Shown: in pieces, positions 1-10,699 of the stretch
Numbering within the stretch: position 1 is the stretch's first letter
How the letters are laid out: the number at the start of each line of letters is the position of its first letter
Origin: Gracilinanus agilis
Lineage: Eukaryota
DNA length: 64,000 nt
Direction of reading: 5' to 3'
NCBI RefSeq assembly: GCF_016433145.1
Contig: NC_058132.1
Location: forward strand, 204,139,682-204,203,681
Made by a program: the position numbers and the translations under genes
The notes under the pieces: generated by a model
Seen by the model: the letters and a program-made list of their open reading frames with translations, nothing else
Database searches by the model: none
What the model was told of the DNA's origin: nothing

Positions 1-199
1 CCCATCTTCCCTATCTAGTATCCCCCTCCTCCCTATTTCCCTCTCTTCCCCTTCCTTAGTGTCCTCATCCTCCCTTATCTGACCCCTTCCTCCCCATTCC
101 CTGCAGTTCCTCCCTTCGTCCACAGCCCCCGTCCCCCCTCTAGTACCCCTCCCTCCGCCCCGCCTCCTTCCCCCCACTTCCCCGGTCCCCTCTGCTCTC

Positions 200-1010
200 A
201 CATGGGCTGGCGGCTGGTCTTGTTGAGGTCCAGGCCGCAGAGGCGAGCTGTGATGAAGTGGCCACGGAAGGCCGGGATGAGCGTGAGCGTGGCCACGAAG
301 CCCAGCAGCGAGCCACCCAGGTTGATGAGCAGCGGCAGTGCTGGGAAGGGCCGCATCATAGCCATGAGAGGCGCTCTAGCGGGGTTTAGCCCCGCTAGGA
401 GGCCGCTCGGGGGGCCCGGGGACCACAGCCCGCCGGTGTACGGTACCTTCTAGACAACTGGGGCTGGCCACGGGCTGCGTCGCCCGGAGCCAAGAGGTGG
501 CTGAGGGCTTCGAGAAAGCGAAGGCAGAGGTGGCAGTGGCGGCGGCGCTGGCCCGGCCACGGGTTCGGGTTCCTACTCAGGCAAGCCAAAGCAAGGATCA
601 AGCTACCTCTTCGGCCACTCCCTTGCTGCACCTGTCCAGCCGAGGTTTCCGGCCGGAATCTTTTCGCCTTGCAACTTCCTTTTACGGATCGCGGGGGGTG
701 GGGAGTGAAGGCGGCTAGTGGCCATCTTTCTTGTGGGCAGAGGCGCCCCCGGAGAGGTGCTGTTTTATAAGACGTTCTTTCTCCGAGGCATCAAGCCACA
801 GACACAATACCACTGGGTGAAGACTCGCCCTGCTGGGCAGTATCACTGGAGGAAGAAGAGGAAAAAAAGACCGGACACGACCCCAAGCCGGAAATCGCTC
901 CTCGCCCTTTTGCAAGATGGATGCTTTTTCGTACCACGTGGCCGCCACCTCCTCTAGTTGGCTTCCACGTCAGGGTCCTTATTGGCCCGCCCCTGCCCGG
1001 GGTTTTAAAG
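200..1010 (-). promoter_or_regulatory. DPAGT1: DPAGT1 CpG island / promoter and 5' leader
   Basis: CpG-rich. Motifs: YY1-like GCCATCTT 721-728, ETS CCGGAA 888-893, CCACGTGG 934-941, TGACGTGGA on minus 972-964, CCAAT on minus 985-981, GC box CCCGCCCC 986-993. TSS not determinable from sequence. Confidence 0.8.
202..365 (-). CDS. DPAGT1: DPAGT1 exon 1 (UDP-GlcNAc:dolichyl-phosphate GlcNAc-1-P transferase); the gene continues off the left edge
   Basis: Minus-strand translation from ATG at 365: [54 protein letters not shown], matching the recalled human N-terminus ([44 protein letters not shown]). Followed by donor GTGAGA at 201. In-frame ATGs at 359 and 356 are alternative starts. Not in the ORF track. 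Confidence 0.95.
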
Positions 1011-4000
1011 AGTCCAGTCCTTCCCTGTTTGTTCGGTCGGGCTCTGGAGGCTGGGTTTATTCCCCCAGGCTTCCTCTTTTAGGTAGAACTATGTGACCCC
1101 TCCTGGAACCTCTCCAGCTCCAATGAGAAAGCTCGTGCCTTTTCTGGGAAATTCACTCGCCGCTGGGAAGGAGGATGGAAGGGGGCAGGGGCAGAGGGCA
1201 TTTCTCAGCCCTAGCTCCTAGTCCCGCACCTCTCGGCCAGCTTTTCCCTAGCTCCCGGGTTCCTTGTGGCCTGCAGTGATTGGCTGGGATCAACGCCAGC
1301 CCCTGTCTCTCATGCTTGGAACAGATCTATCCCCCGAACGCTTACAGCAATCCCTTACATCCAGCGCCAGGCACCTTTTCAGGCGTCTGCCCAACCGGTC
1401 ACTACTGAGGCTAATTCATCTCAGGAAATCGGGCCACCACCTCCCCAGCTGCGAAGATGGGAGATGTGGGTGGTGAAAAAGAGGGAACCTTCGAGACAGG
1501 GCGCTGCGAACCTACACAGGGCTTCTTCTGAGCCAGGCGCATCTAGACAAGTGTCTGTTCTGTATTCTGTGGTTTCCTAGGAGCTGCTTCCTAGGAGGCC
1601 TTTGAAACGAACAGCTCATCGGCAGGGCTAAGCAGCCCACAGGCCCTCGTGCAGCAGGTGATGATGCTCTCATTCTCCCAGGAGAACTGGGGCCCTGAGA
1701 ACAACCCACCACTTCTCAGCAAGTACCGGAGAGAGTCCTGGAGTTTAGAAACTTCGATCTTGTCTTATAGGAATCCGGGTTTTATAGACCATTTCTAGGC
1801 TCTAATTCGGTTTCAACACGTCTCCACAATCTGGTTTAAGGTCCTTCTCCGTGAAACTTTCCCTGATTTAGTATTCTTAGCTCTGATTACTCTAATCTGA
1901 TCTTTGTTATCTTTTCACCTCCCCAAATGTCAGTTTATATAGTTCTGTTATCCATTAAACATTAAGCTCCTTCTCTATGCCAGGCTCCACTGTAAGCCCT
2001 GGGGATACAAAAGGAGAGAAGAAATTGCTCCAAGTAGCTTACAATATATGGAGGAGACCACATGCAAACAAATAGATATAAAGCAAGCTATATACCAGAC
2101 AGACAGAATGTAATTAAAGGAGAGAATTAAGAAGGGTTGGGGAAGGCTTCCAGTAAAAGAAGGGATTTAGTTAGGACTTAAAGGAATCTAGGGAGATCAG
2201 TAATCAGAATGGAGGAATGAGAACTTTCTAGGCATGGGGTAATTAGAGAAAATGCCAGTTGCTGAGAGATGGAGTGTCTTGTTCCTTGAACAGTCAGGAG
2301 ATCTAGGTGCTGTTATTTCTTTCTATGTCTTCTATGTGTCTTGCCTTAGTATATGTCAAGTTTTCCCATAAGACTTGCTCACTGATCGAGGGCCTTTTTT
2401 TTCCCTACTCTGTTGCTCAGGATGAGGTTCTGTATATCAAGGGTGTTTAGTCTCAAAGGCTAAGTGACTGTCTAATGGTTCTGTAGATTGTAGGGACCAT
2501 TAAGTTCCTGTTTTTTCTTTTCTAAGAAATGCCCTTTAAGAAAGGTCTTCCTTTTTTGCTGGGAGATTGTGAAGAAAATGTTTTTCAAGCCTAAAGCACT
2601 CTCCAAATGTAACGTTTTTACTTTTATAAGGCCTCAGTGTAGTAGGAGGTAAAGTTCCTGCTAGCTAACCAGGATTTTCAGCCTAACAGAAAAGCAGGAC
2701 TTACTCCTTTTTTGTTGATTTACCTAGAGGGAGTCCATAGTGTTCTCCTTCTTTGTGTGTAGAAGAGTAGGGGGGGAAGCATATGCTCATTATTTGCCTT
2801 TGGGGAGTTTGCCATAAGTTATTAAAGGTAACCTATACCTAATGCCTTTTTTATTGGGCCAGGTGGAAGATAGCCTGAGTCTTGTTCTAGTGACCTGGCA
2901 ATTTACCTGGCCTCCCCTATAGAAGTCCTTTTACCCAGAGGTATCACTAAAAAGAAACTCGACCTTTTAAGGAATGTTACTTGTCATATAACCAGGAAAT
3001 AATTGGAATTTGGTTAAACTTGGCCTATTTTAGAGTATATTAACATGACTTAAAGTATATGGCAAAGTTGGAAAGTACATTAGATTTGAAATCAGAGAAC
3101 TGGATTCAATTCTCTGAGTTCCTTTGTAACCCTAAGTATTTTATTTTATTCATTAAAAAACAGTATTCTGAGAAGGGGGTCCATAGGCTTCACTGGGCTG
3201 TTATAGAGGTCCACCAAAAAAAAAGATGATTGCTAAGATTCCTTCCTGTTTTAAGTCCTACATATGATCCTTTTAAACTAATCTGAAAAAGAAAACCCAT
3301 CTTCTTCCTTTATTAAGTTTCCATAGATTTTTCCCTGATAGCTTAAAGGATTTAGTTAGATAGAGGCAAGTAAGTGCTGGAAAACACTGGTCAGCCATGT
3401 TGTCTCACCTCAACCTAGTTTCTTTGGTTTTATATCTTATCTGTGTTGCTTTTGTATAGAATCCTATACAAGTACAGTGGAAGAGTTAGAGGAAGGAGGA
3501 AACACAATTCTTGCCCTTAGAGAGCTCCCAGTTGAATAGAGAAGACAAAAAACTTGGGCCTAGGGAAACACAGTAAATAGAAGTATACCACAGAGCTGGA
3601 CAGAGAGAAATCTAAGTGTTAAGAAATCAGGGCCCTTGCACATGGAATCATAACTTGGATTCAAATCCTGGTCCTACTGCTTATTAGCTATGTGACTGTG
3701 GACCACCCACTTTATCTCTCTGGGCCTCTGTTTCCTTGTCTATAAAATAGTACTAGCCCAACCTACTTTTTTTGCCTTGTTCTGAGGAAAGTGCTTTGGA
3801 TGGCATAACCAGGAATTTTGGGAAAGCATGGGAGTGGAATTCTGGATGACTAAAATTAAATAAGGTTCAGCTGGGAGAGTTTTTTGAAGTGGAAAGACCA
3901 AAGAAGAGGAAGAACCTTCAATTCAACAGGTATTTATTAGGTACCTACCATGTGTCAGTTGCTGGGGATACAAAAACAAAAATGAAGTGATGCCAGCTCT

Positions 4001-4698
4001 TAAGGAACTTAAATTCTATGGGGGGGATACACAGCATATACAAAAGTACATGCAAAGCAATTTCAAGGAGAATACTACAGGCAGGAGAGGAAGAATCAGG
4101 TAAAAGCATTGTGAAGGAGGTAGTAGTTGTGTGGTGGATGAGAAGGATTTTTAGAGGCAGAAATACGGAGTAGATAGATACCAGATATGGAAGTCCTCTT
4201 ATGTAAAAACAGGAAGGCAGGACATAACATGTCATGTATGTATAGGGTAGGAAACTAACAGTTCCATTTGACTAGTATAGAGAGTTTGTGAAGGAGAGTG
4301 ATATGAAAAAAGGCAATCAGTAGATAGGAACAAAATTCTAGAAGGTTTTAAATCTCAATCTGGGGATGTTCTATTCAAAAAATTATTTATAAGGAGCCAT
4401 TGGAGACATCAGAGGAAGGGGTGTCAGTCATATGTAGGCTTTAGGAATATCAATTTGGCCACTGTGGAGGATGGATTGATGAGAGAAAAGAAGCCTGGAA
4501 GTAAGGAGACCAATTGAGAGGTTTTTACAATAGCTAAGGCATATATATGGTCATGTGGACCTGAACAAGGGTAGAAGTTGTGTGAATAGAGAAAAGGTTG
4601 AATCTAAGAGTTGCAGAAATGCATTGACAAAACCTAGCAACTAAGAGGAGGTTAGGTTGAGGAAGAAGAGTCAAAAGAAATGCCAAAGCTGTGAACCT

Positions 4699-5137
4699 TT
4701 TTTTAAATCAAGTTTATTTAATTGATCAAGACCTATTTCCATATTATTAATATTTGCACTAGGGTGATCGTTTAGAGTCTACATCCCCAATCATATCCCC
4801 ATCAAAACATGTGATCAAGCAATTGTTTTTCTTCTGTGTTTCTACTCCCACAGTTCTTTGGATAGTGGATAGTGTTCTTTTTCATAAGTCCTTCAGAATT
4901 GTCCTGGATCATTGCTTTGCTATGTAGAGAAGTCCATTACATTCGATTGTGCCATCTCTGTGTATAATGTTCTGCTCCTTTCACTCTGCATCAATTCCTG
5001 GAGGTTGTTCCAGTTCACCCGGAATTCCTCCGGTTCATTATTCCTTTTAGCACAATACTATTCCATCACCAACAGATATTCAGCCATTCCCCAATAGAAG
5101 AGCATCCCCTCATTTTCCAATTTTTTTGCCACCACAA
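4699..5137 (-). mobile_element. 5'-truncated LINE-1 3' end with 15-bp TSD
   Basis: Antisense L1 ORF2 C-terminus/3' UTR (ORF track 5066..5272 contains SSIGEWLN) preceded by a poly-T. Direct repeat CAAAGCTGTGAACCT at 4684-4698 and 5138-5152. Confidence 0.85.
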
Positions 5138-6499
5138 CAAAGCTGTGAACCTCTGTGACCAAAAAGCTAAGGGCAGCATCAGGAACTTTTGTAGAATTTT
5201 GCACTGAGGGAGAGAGAAATATAAGTTTGGACTCCTACCTAATATGGTGGATGGGGGGGACAGAATAAACATTGGTGGTGCCTAGTATGTGCCAGGCATT
5301 ATGTTGAACACTTGACAAATATATAATTTGAGCAGTTGGGCACCTCATTTTCCCCCTCTCCCACCTACTTTATCAGAGACCTAAAACAAACAAACAAAAA
5401 AAAAACCCACACTAGACTGAAAAAACGATTAAAAAAATAATGAGAAATTTCAGAAGAGGATTCCAACTACCCTAGAACTGTTCAAGAACTCATCCAGAAG
5501 CCTATTAGTAATAGGAAATAGGTCCACCTGAAAAGCCAGTAACCTTATTTAAACAAAGCAGAAACTTCCTAAAGTGACCATAGACTACAAGAGGCACATG
5601 TAGCCGTTCTATGTTCAGGAAGAGCTGTGGGCCTCACTAAGAAAGTCTCAGTATGGTCTAGAATCTATGAAAGATACTGGGCGGCAGTGACTAGTCTGGT
5701 CATAGCAACACTCAGATCCAGATATTCCAGATCTATGTTCTTAATGTTTAGCAGATTCATCAAGACGGGAGGAGCTCAATAAATGGTGGCATATGAATGT
5801 AATGGAATATTATTGCACCATAAGAATTGAGAAATGGGATAATTTCAGAGAATTCTGAGGACACAGAATGAAGTAAACAGAACCAGAGCAATTTCTGCAT
5901 TGACAACATCATTGGAAAGAAAACAAATTTAACTTTAATGACAATGAAATGAGACAGCTAGGTAGCCCAGTTGAATAGAGTGCCAGGCTTGGAGTCCTGA
6001 GGACCTGTGTTTAAATATGGCCTCAGACACTTCCTAAGTGTATGACCCTGAGCAAGTCACTTAACTCCACCTCAGTTACCTAGCCTCTATCACTCTTCTG
6101 TTTAAGGATTCCTTAAAAAGACTATAAAAAAATGACCAGATAAGTCCCCAGAGGGGACTGATGTGTGATAACCATGCTACCCATACTTTGACAGAGTGAT
6201 ACTGGACTCAAAATACGTTTTTTGGATGTGGACACTGGGGATTTTTTTTTGCTTGACTATATTTTGTTATAAGGAATTTCTCTTCTTTCTGTCATTAACT
6301 GGAACAGGGGATACCAATGATAATACAGAAAAAAAAAAGAAAGAAAAATGTTGGCCATTGATACCATTTTAAAAGTACATAGAGGAGTACAGAAGGTGGT
6401 TCAGAAAGAAGCACAAACAGGACAGTTTTTAAAGTAACAAGTTGAAATTATTATAATCTTAAAAAAAACCTTACCTTCTATTTAAGAACTAAGCATTGG

Positions 6500-6705
6500 G
6501 GGACAGCTGGGTAGCTCAGTGGATTGAGAGTCAGGCCTAGAGACGGGAGGTCCTAGGTTCAAATCTGACCTCAGACACTTCCCAGCTGTGTGACCCTGGG
6601 CAAGTCACTTGACCCTCATTGCTTACCCTTACCACTCTTCTAACTAGGAGCCAATACACAGAAGTTAAGGGTTTAAAATTAAAATAAACAAACAAATAAA
6701 TAAAA
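6500..6705 (+). mobile_element. SINE1_Mdo-type SINE nested in an older antisense SINE
   Basis: Head GGGACAGCTGGGTAGCTCAGTGG and A-rich tail. 16-bp TSD AAGAACTAAGCATTGG at 6484-6499 and 6706-6721. The host SINE resumes after the TSD. Confidence 0.85.
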
Positions 6706-7540
6706 AAGAACTAAGCATTGGTTCCAAGGCAGAAGAATGATAAGGAGTAGGCAACTGAGCTTAAGTGACTTGCCTAAGATCACAAAACTTGGAACTGAGG
6801 CTAGATTTGAACTACAGTTGTGGCATTCTATTCCCTAAGCTTCCCCCCCCCCTCTCTCTTTTTTTTTTAAGTAAGAAGAATTTAAGAGATTCTTGGCTTC
6901 ACATATAACTTTATTTTTGTGTGTGTGTGTTTATTTTGTAAATGTAAATGCTAATTTTTTGGTGTATAAGTAAAAAAATACATAATGGGTTCTGTTTTGG
7001 ACATATTGCCTTTGTTGTCCATCCAGATGTAGGTAGGTGCCCAGTAAACTGTTGGTGATGTGCTACTGGAGTTCAGGCAAAAGATCAGAGCTGGATATAT
7101 AAGTTTGGAAGTTGACTAACAGCTGACATTTACATAGGGATTTAAGGTTTGCCCAGTGATTTACTTAGGAACTCATGGGAGATAAATGAAATAGCTTTTA
7201 CTAAGGGCTGACTCTATCCAAAGCACTGGGGATACAAAGTAAGACAAGGAGCTTCTAATGGAGGTTAAAATGCATTAGGGTGCAGCAGCAATGCAGATGG
7301 GAATGTCCCTACTTTTTATTTTATGCTCTTACCTTCCATCTTAGAATCAAAGTTGTGGATTGTTTTCTAGACAGAAAAGTGATAAGGGATGGGCAATGGG
7401 GGAATTGAGTGACTTGCCTGGGGTCAAATATTTAGGAAGTATCTGAGATCAAATTTGAACCTAGGACCTCCTTTCTCCGGGCCTGGTCTCTTTATCTATT
7501 GAGGCACCTAGCTGCTCCATAAGAGTGTTGCTGTTTTTTA

Positions 7541-8590
7541 AAATTTTTATTTAAATATTTTTTCATGGTTACATGATTCATGTTTTTCCCCTCCCCCTTC
7601 CCAGAGCTGACAAGCAATTCCACTGGGTATTATCACTCAATACCTATTTCCACATTATTCATTTTTGTAATAATCTTTTAAAAACCAAACCCCCACATCC
7701 AATACCCATATAAACAAATGAAAAATCAAATGTTTTCCTTCTGCATTTCTACTCCCACAGTTTCTTTCTCTGGGTGTGGAGGGTGTTCTTTCTCATAAGT
7801 CCCTCAGAATTGTCCTGGATCATTACATTGGTATCTGTAGCAAGGCCACTTACATAGGATCATCCCACAATGTCTCAGTCTCTCTGTACAATGCTCTCCT
7901 GGTTCTGCTCATTTCACTCCACATCAGTTTGGGGAGGTCTTTCAAACTCATATGGAAATCAAGCAGTTTATCCTTCCTTATGGTGAAGTAGTATTCCATC
8001 ACCATCATACAACCACAATTTGTTCAGCCATTCCCCAATCCAGGAACACCCCGGTCCCCACATTTTCCAAAATTTTTTTACCACCACAAAAAGTGTGGCT
8101 ATGAATATTTTTGTACAAACGTTTTTTTCATTATTATCTCTTTGGGGTACAAACCCAACAATGGTATAGCTGGATCAAAGAGAAGGCATTCTTTTAAAGC
8201 CCTTTGGGCATAATTCCAAATTGCCTTCCAGAATAGTTGAATCAATTCACAGCTCCATTGGTAGTGTGTTAGTGTCCTAATTTCACCACATCCCCTCCAA
8301 CATTTATTATTTTTCTTTACTGTCATATTGGCTAATGTGCTAGGTGTGAGGTGGTACCTCAGAGTTGTTTTGATTTGCATTTCTCTGATCAGGAGGGATT
8401 TAGAACACATTTATTCATGTGCTTATTGATAGTTTTGATTCTTTCATCTGAAAATTGCCTATTCATGTCCCTTGACCATTTGTCAATTGGAGAATGGCTT
8501 GATTTCTTGTACATTTGACTTAGTTCCTTATAAATTTGGGAAATTAGACCTTTGTCAGAGAATTTTATTACAAATTTTTCCCTAGTTTGG
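7541..8590 (-). mobile_element. LINE-1 3' fragment (ORF2 C-terminus + 3' UTR)
   Basis: ORF track 8099..8410 and 8389..8595 give L1 ORF2 motifs ([48 protein letters not shown]). Confidence 0.9.
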
Positions 8591-8899
8591 TGCACAAGAG
8601 TAGTTTAATAGACCTGTGTTTGTTTAAGGGCCCTGCTATTCCCAAGGCTCTTGAGTTTGGGGTCCTGGGCTATCTCCATTGGAGATTTGAAGTGAGTTGT
8701 CCACTGGGGCAATGGTAATGGTTTGATTTACCAAGCACATGCTTCTTGTTCTGTTCCTTAGGAAGCCTAGCCTCCTTAGCTGAGTTCCCTTTCTAGAGAG
8801 AGATCACTAAGGGAGAAAATAAAGAGGGGAAAGGACTCAAGACAGAGCCCTAAGGGACCGTCAAATCAATGATCCAAGAAAGGAGATTGAAGAGGAGCC

Positions 8900-9206
8900 A
8901 AAGAGAATAATGAATTCTACTCTTTCTAAATATAAGTGAAGCCCTCTCAAACTCCTCTTCAGCTTCCTTTTTTATATAAGCCCAAGGAGTATGACTGATT
9001 TTAATAGCCAATCACTAGATTTTTCCTTCATGGCCTTAGGTAGAGGTCATAGTTATCCACATTGCTACTGGGCCAAAACTGAAGGCCATCCCCCAACCTC
9101 TTGAGCAATCTCTAGGCCCTCTGGCTGGTAGCATAATTCTTTGAAGAGTACCCTTGGTTCATCTCATTGAGGTGTTTCAGATAGTTCCTTTCCCCAGAAC
9201 CCTACA
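8900..9206 (-). mobile_element. Possible decayed LTR fragment
   Basis: Minus strand starts TGTAGGG at 9206. CCAAT at 9008-9012 and TATATAAAA on minus 8978-8970, an LTR U3-like layout. No second terminus or TSD found. Confidence 0.35.
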
Positions 9207-10699
9207 ATATAGTTAGGAAATTAAGAGCAATAAATGATAGCCTATGACTATTAACTGTGTGGTTTTGGGCAAGTCTACTGGCTTCTCAGTGCCTCATCCG
9301 TAAAGTGAGAGATTGTAAAATCCTTTGTTTTACTATTCTGTGAATCTTAAGTACTAAAATATTTGCCTTTCACCATCAATTTCAGAAGTTAGATTTGAAC
9401 CCAAGTCCCGTGCTTTTCCCATCACCTCCTTCCCACTAGAGATGCTACAGTTATTCAAAGAAAAGTGGGAGCTGTGGCCACCACAGTAATTGGAGAGCTC
9501 TTTCCGAAAGTGGGACTTTGATGTATACACTTTGCTCAGAAAAAAGAGCCTGGATATAGAACCGTAGCTCTTGGCTGCCTTTCTGCAGAACCTGCTCCCC
9601 CAGCCCCAGCTACTCTTCTAACTACTAACTACCCCCTCAGGCCAAAAACCTGCTGTCTTCTCTCTAAATCTCCTGCCGCCTAAATCCCCGGGGATTAGGG
9701 ACATAAACCTGAGAACCTCCAAAGCTTTCTAAGCCTTCTAAGGAGAGCTGCCATAGGCCTGGAGTAGACCTCGGAGTAGCCTGCATCCCCACCCCCTTGG
9801 GCCCCCTGGGGCTTGTACAGCCAGAGCTCAGCCTAGATCCGCCCTGTCCTGCTCTCCAACCACTCAGCCTGCATTGTTTACTGGGGTTTGGGTCACTCCC
9901 TAGACTAGTAGCAGGATTTATTAGTTGGGGGGAGGGGGCAGGAAGGAAGGAAGAGGGAGATGTTTAACCCCTTCTCCTCCCCTCTCCAAGGGAAGGGCCC
10001 GAGCGCCTTCACTCTTTCACTGTTTTTTTAGAAGGTTAGAGGAAAGAAGTCACCTGCATCCCTCCCTAAACCCCCACCCCCGACTCCTAGCAGGTAGTGA
10101 ATAGTCCCAGTCTATAGACTATGGCGTTAAAACCACATCAGAATCACTCTCCCTGGTTCCCACAGGCTAGGCTGGATAGTGAGTCCATAATGCCCCCTCC
10201 TTTGATTTCTGGTTGGTGGGTTCAGATCTCTGAGACGTCTAAAGGATGCTATTGATGATTTCCTGGCATTTATCCCCCCGCCCCCCAACCAAAATTGCTT
10301 GGTCCATCTGGGTTCCATAGGCAGGCTATGTTCCTATGGAAGTATGCAGCTAGACTAGGACGACAATTCAGAAGCTGATTCTACACCAGCCTCCCTCCAA
10401 CCCTGCCGGACTAGATTCTTCCCAGGACCCAGACACCGGCAAACAGGATTCGAAGTTACAGGCTCTCTCTACAGCTGGAGGAGGGAAGGAGTTCAACACG
10501 GCGAACCCCTCTTCCCCTTCCTTCCCAGTTCCTACTTCTTTCCCACCTTGGCTAGGATCCCCCACTTTCCAACCTCACCTCCCTTCTTTAGCTCCTCCAT
10601 GGGACCCTGCGTTGGGGCGCCCCTTCCCCATCCCTGCTCCTACCCAGAAGGGAGGCCATGGAGAAGTGAGAGGGTACGGGGACGAGAGGCTCCGGAGGT

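Noticed and set aside
202-453. 83-aa plus-strand ORF
   Set aside because: It is the antisense shadow of DPAGT1 exon 1.
5420-5780. Non-repeat-looking stretch with a roughly 65-codon open frame (EAHVAVLCSGRAVGL...), considered as a processed-pseudogene fragment
   Set aside because: I could not recognise any protein in any frame, and there is no poly-A/TSD pair. A tBLASTx search would settle it.
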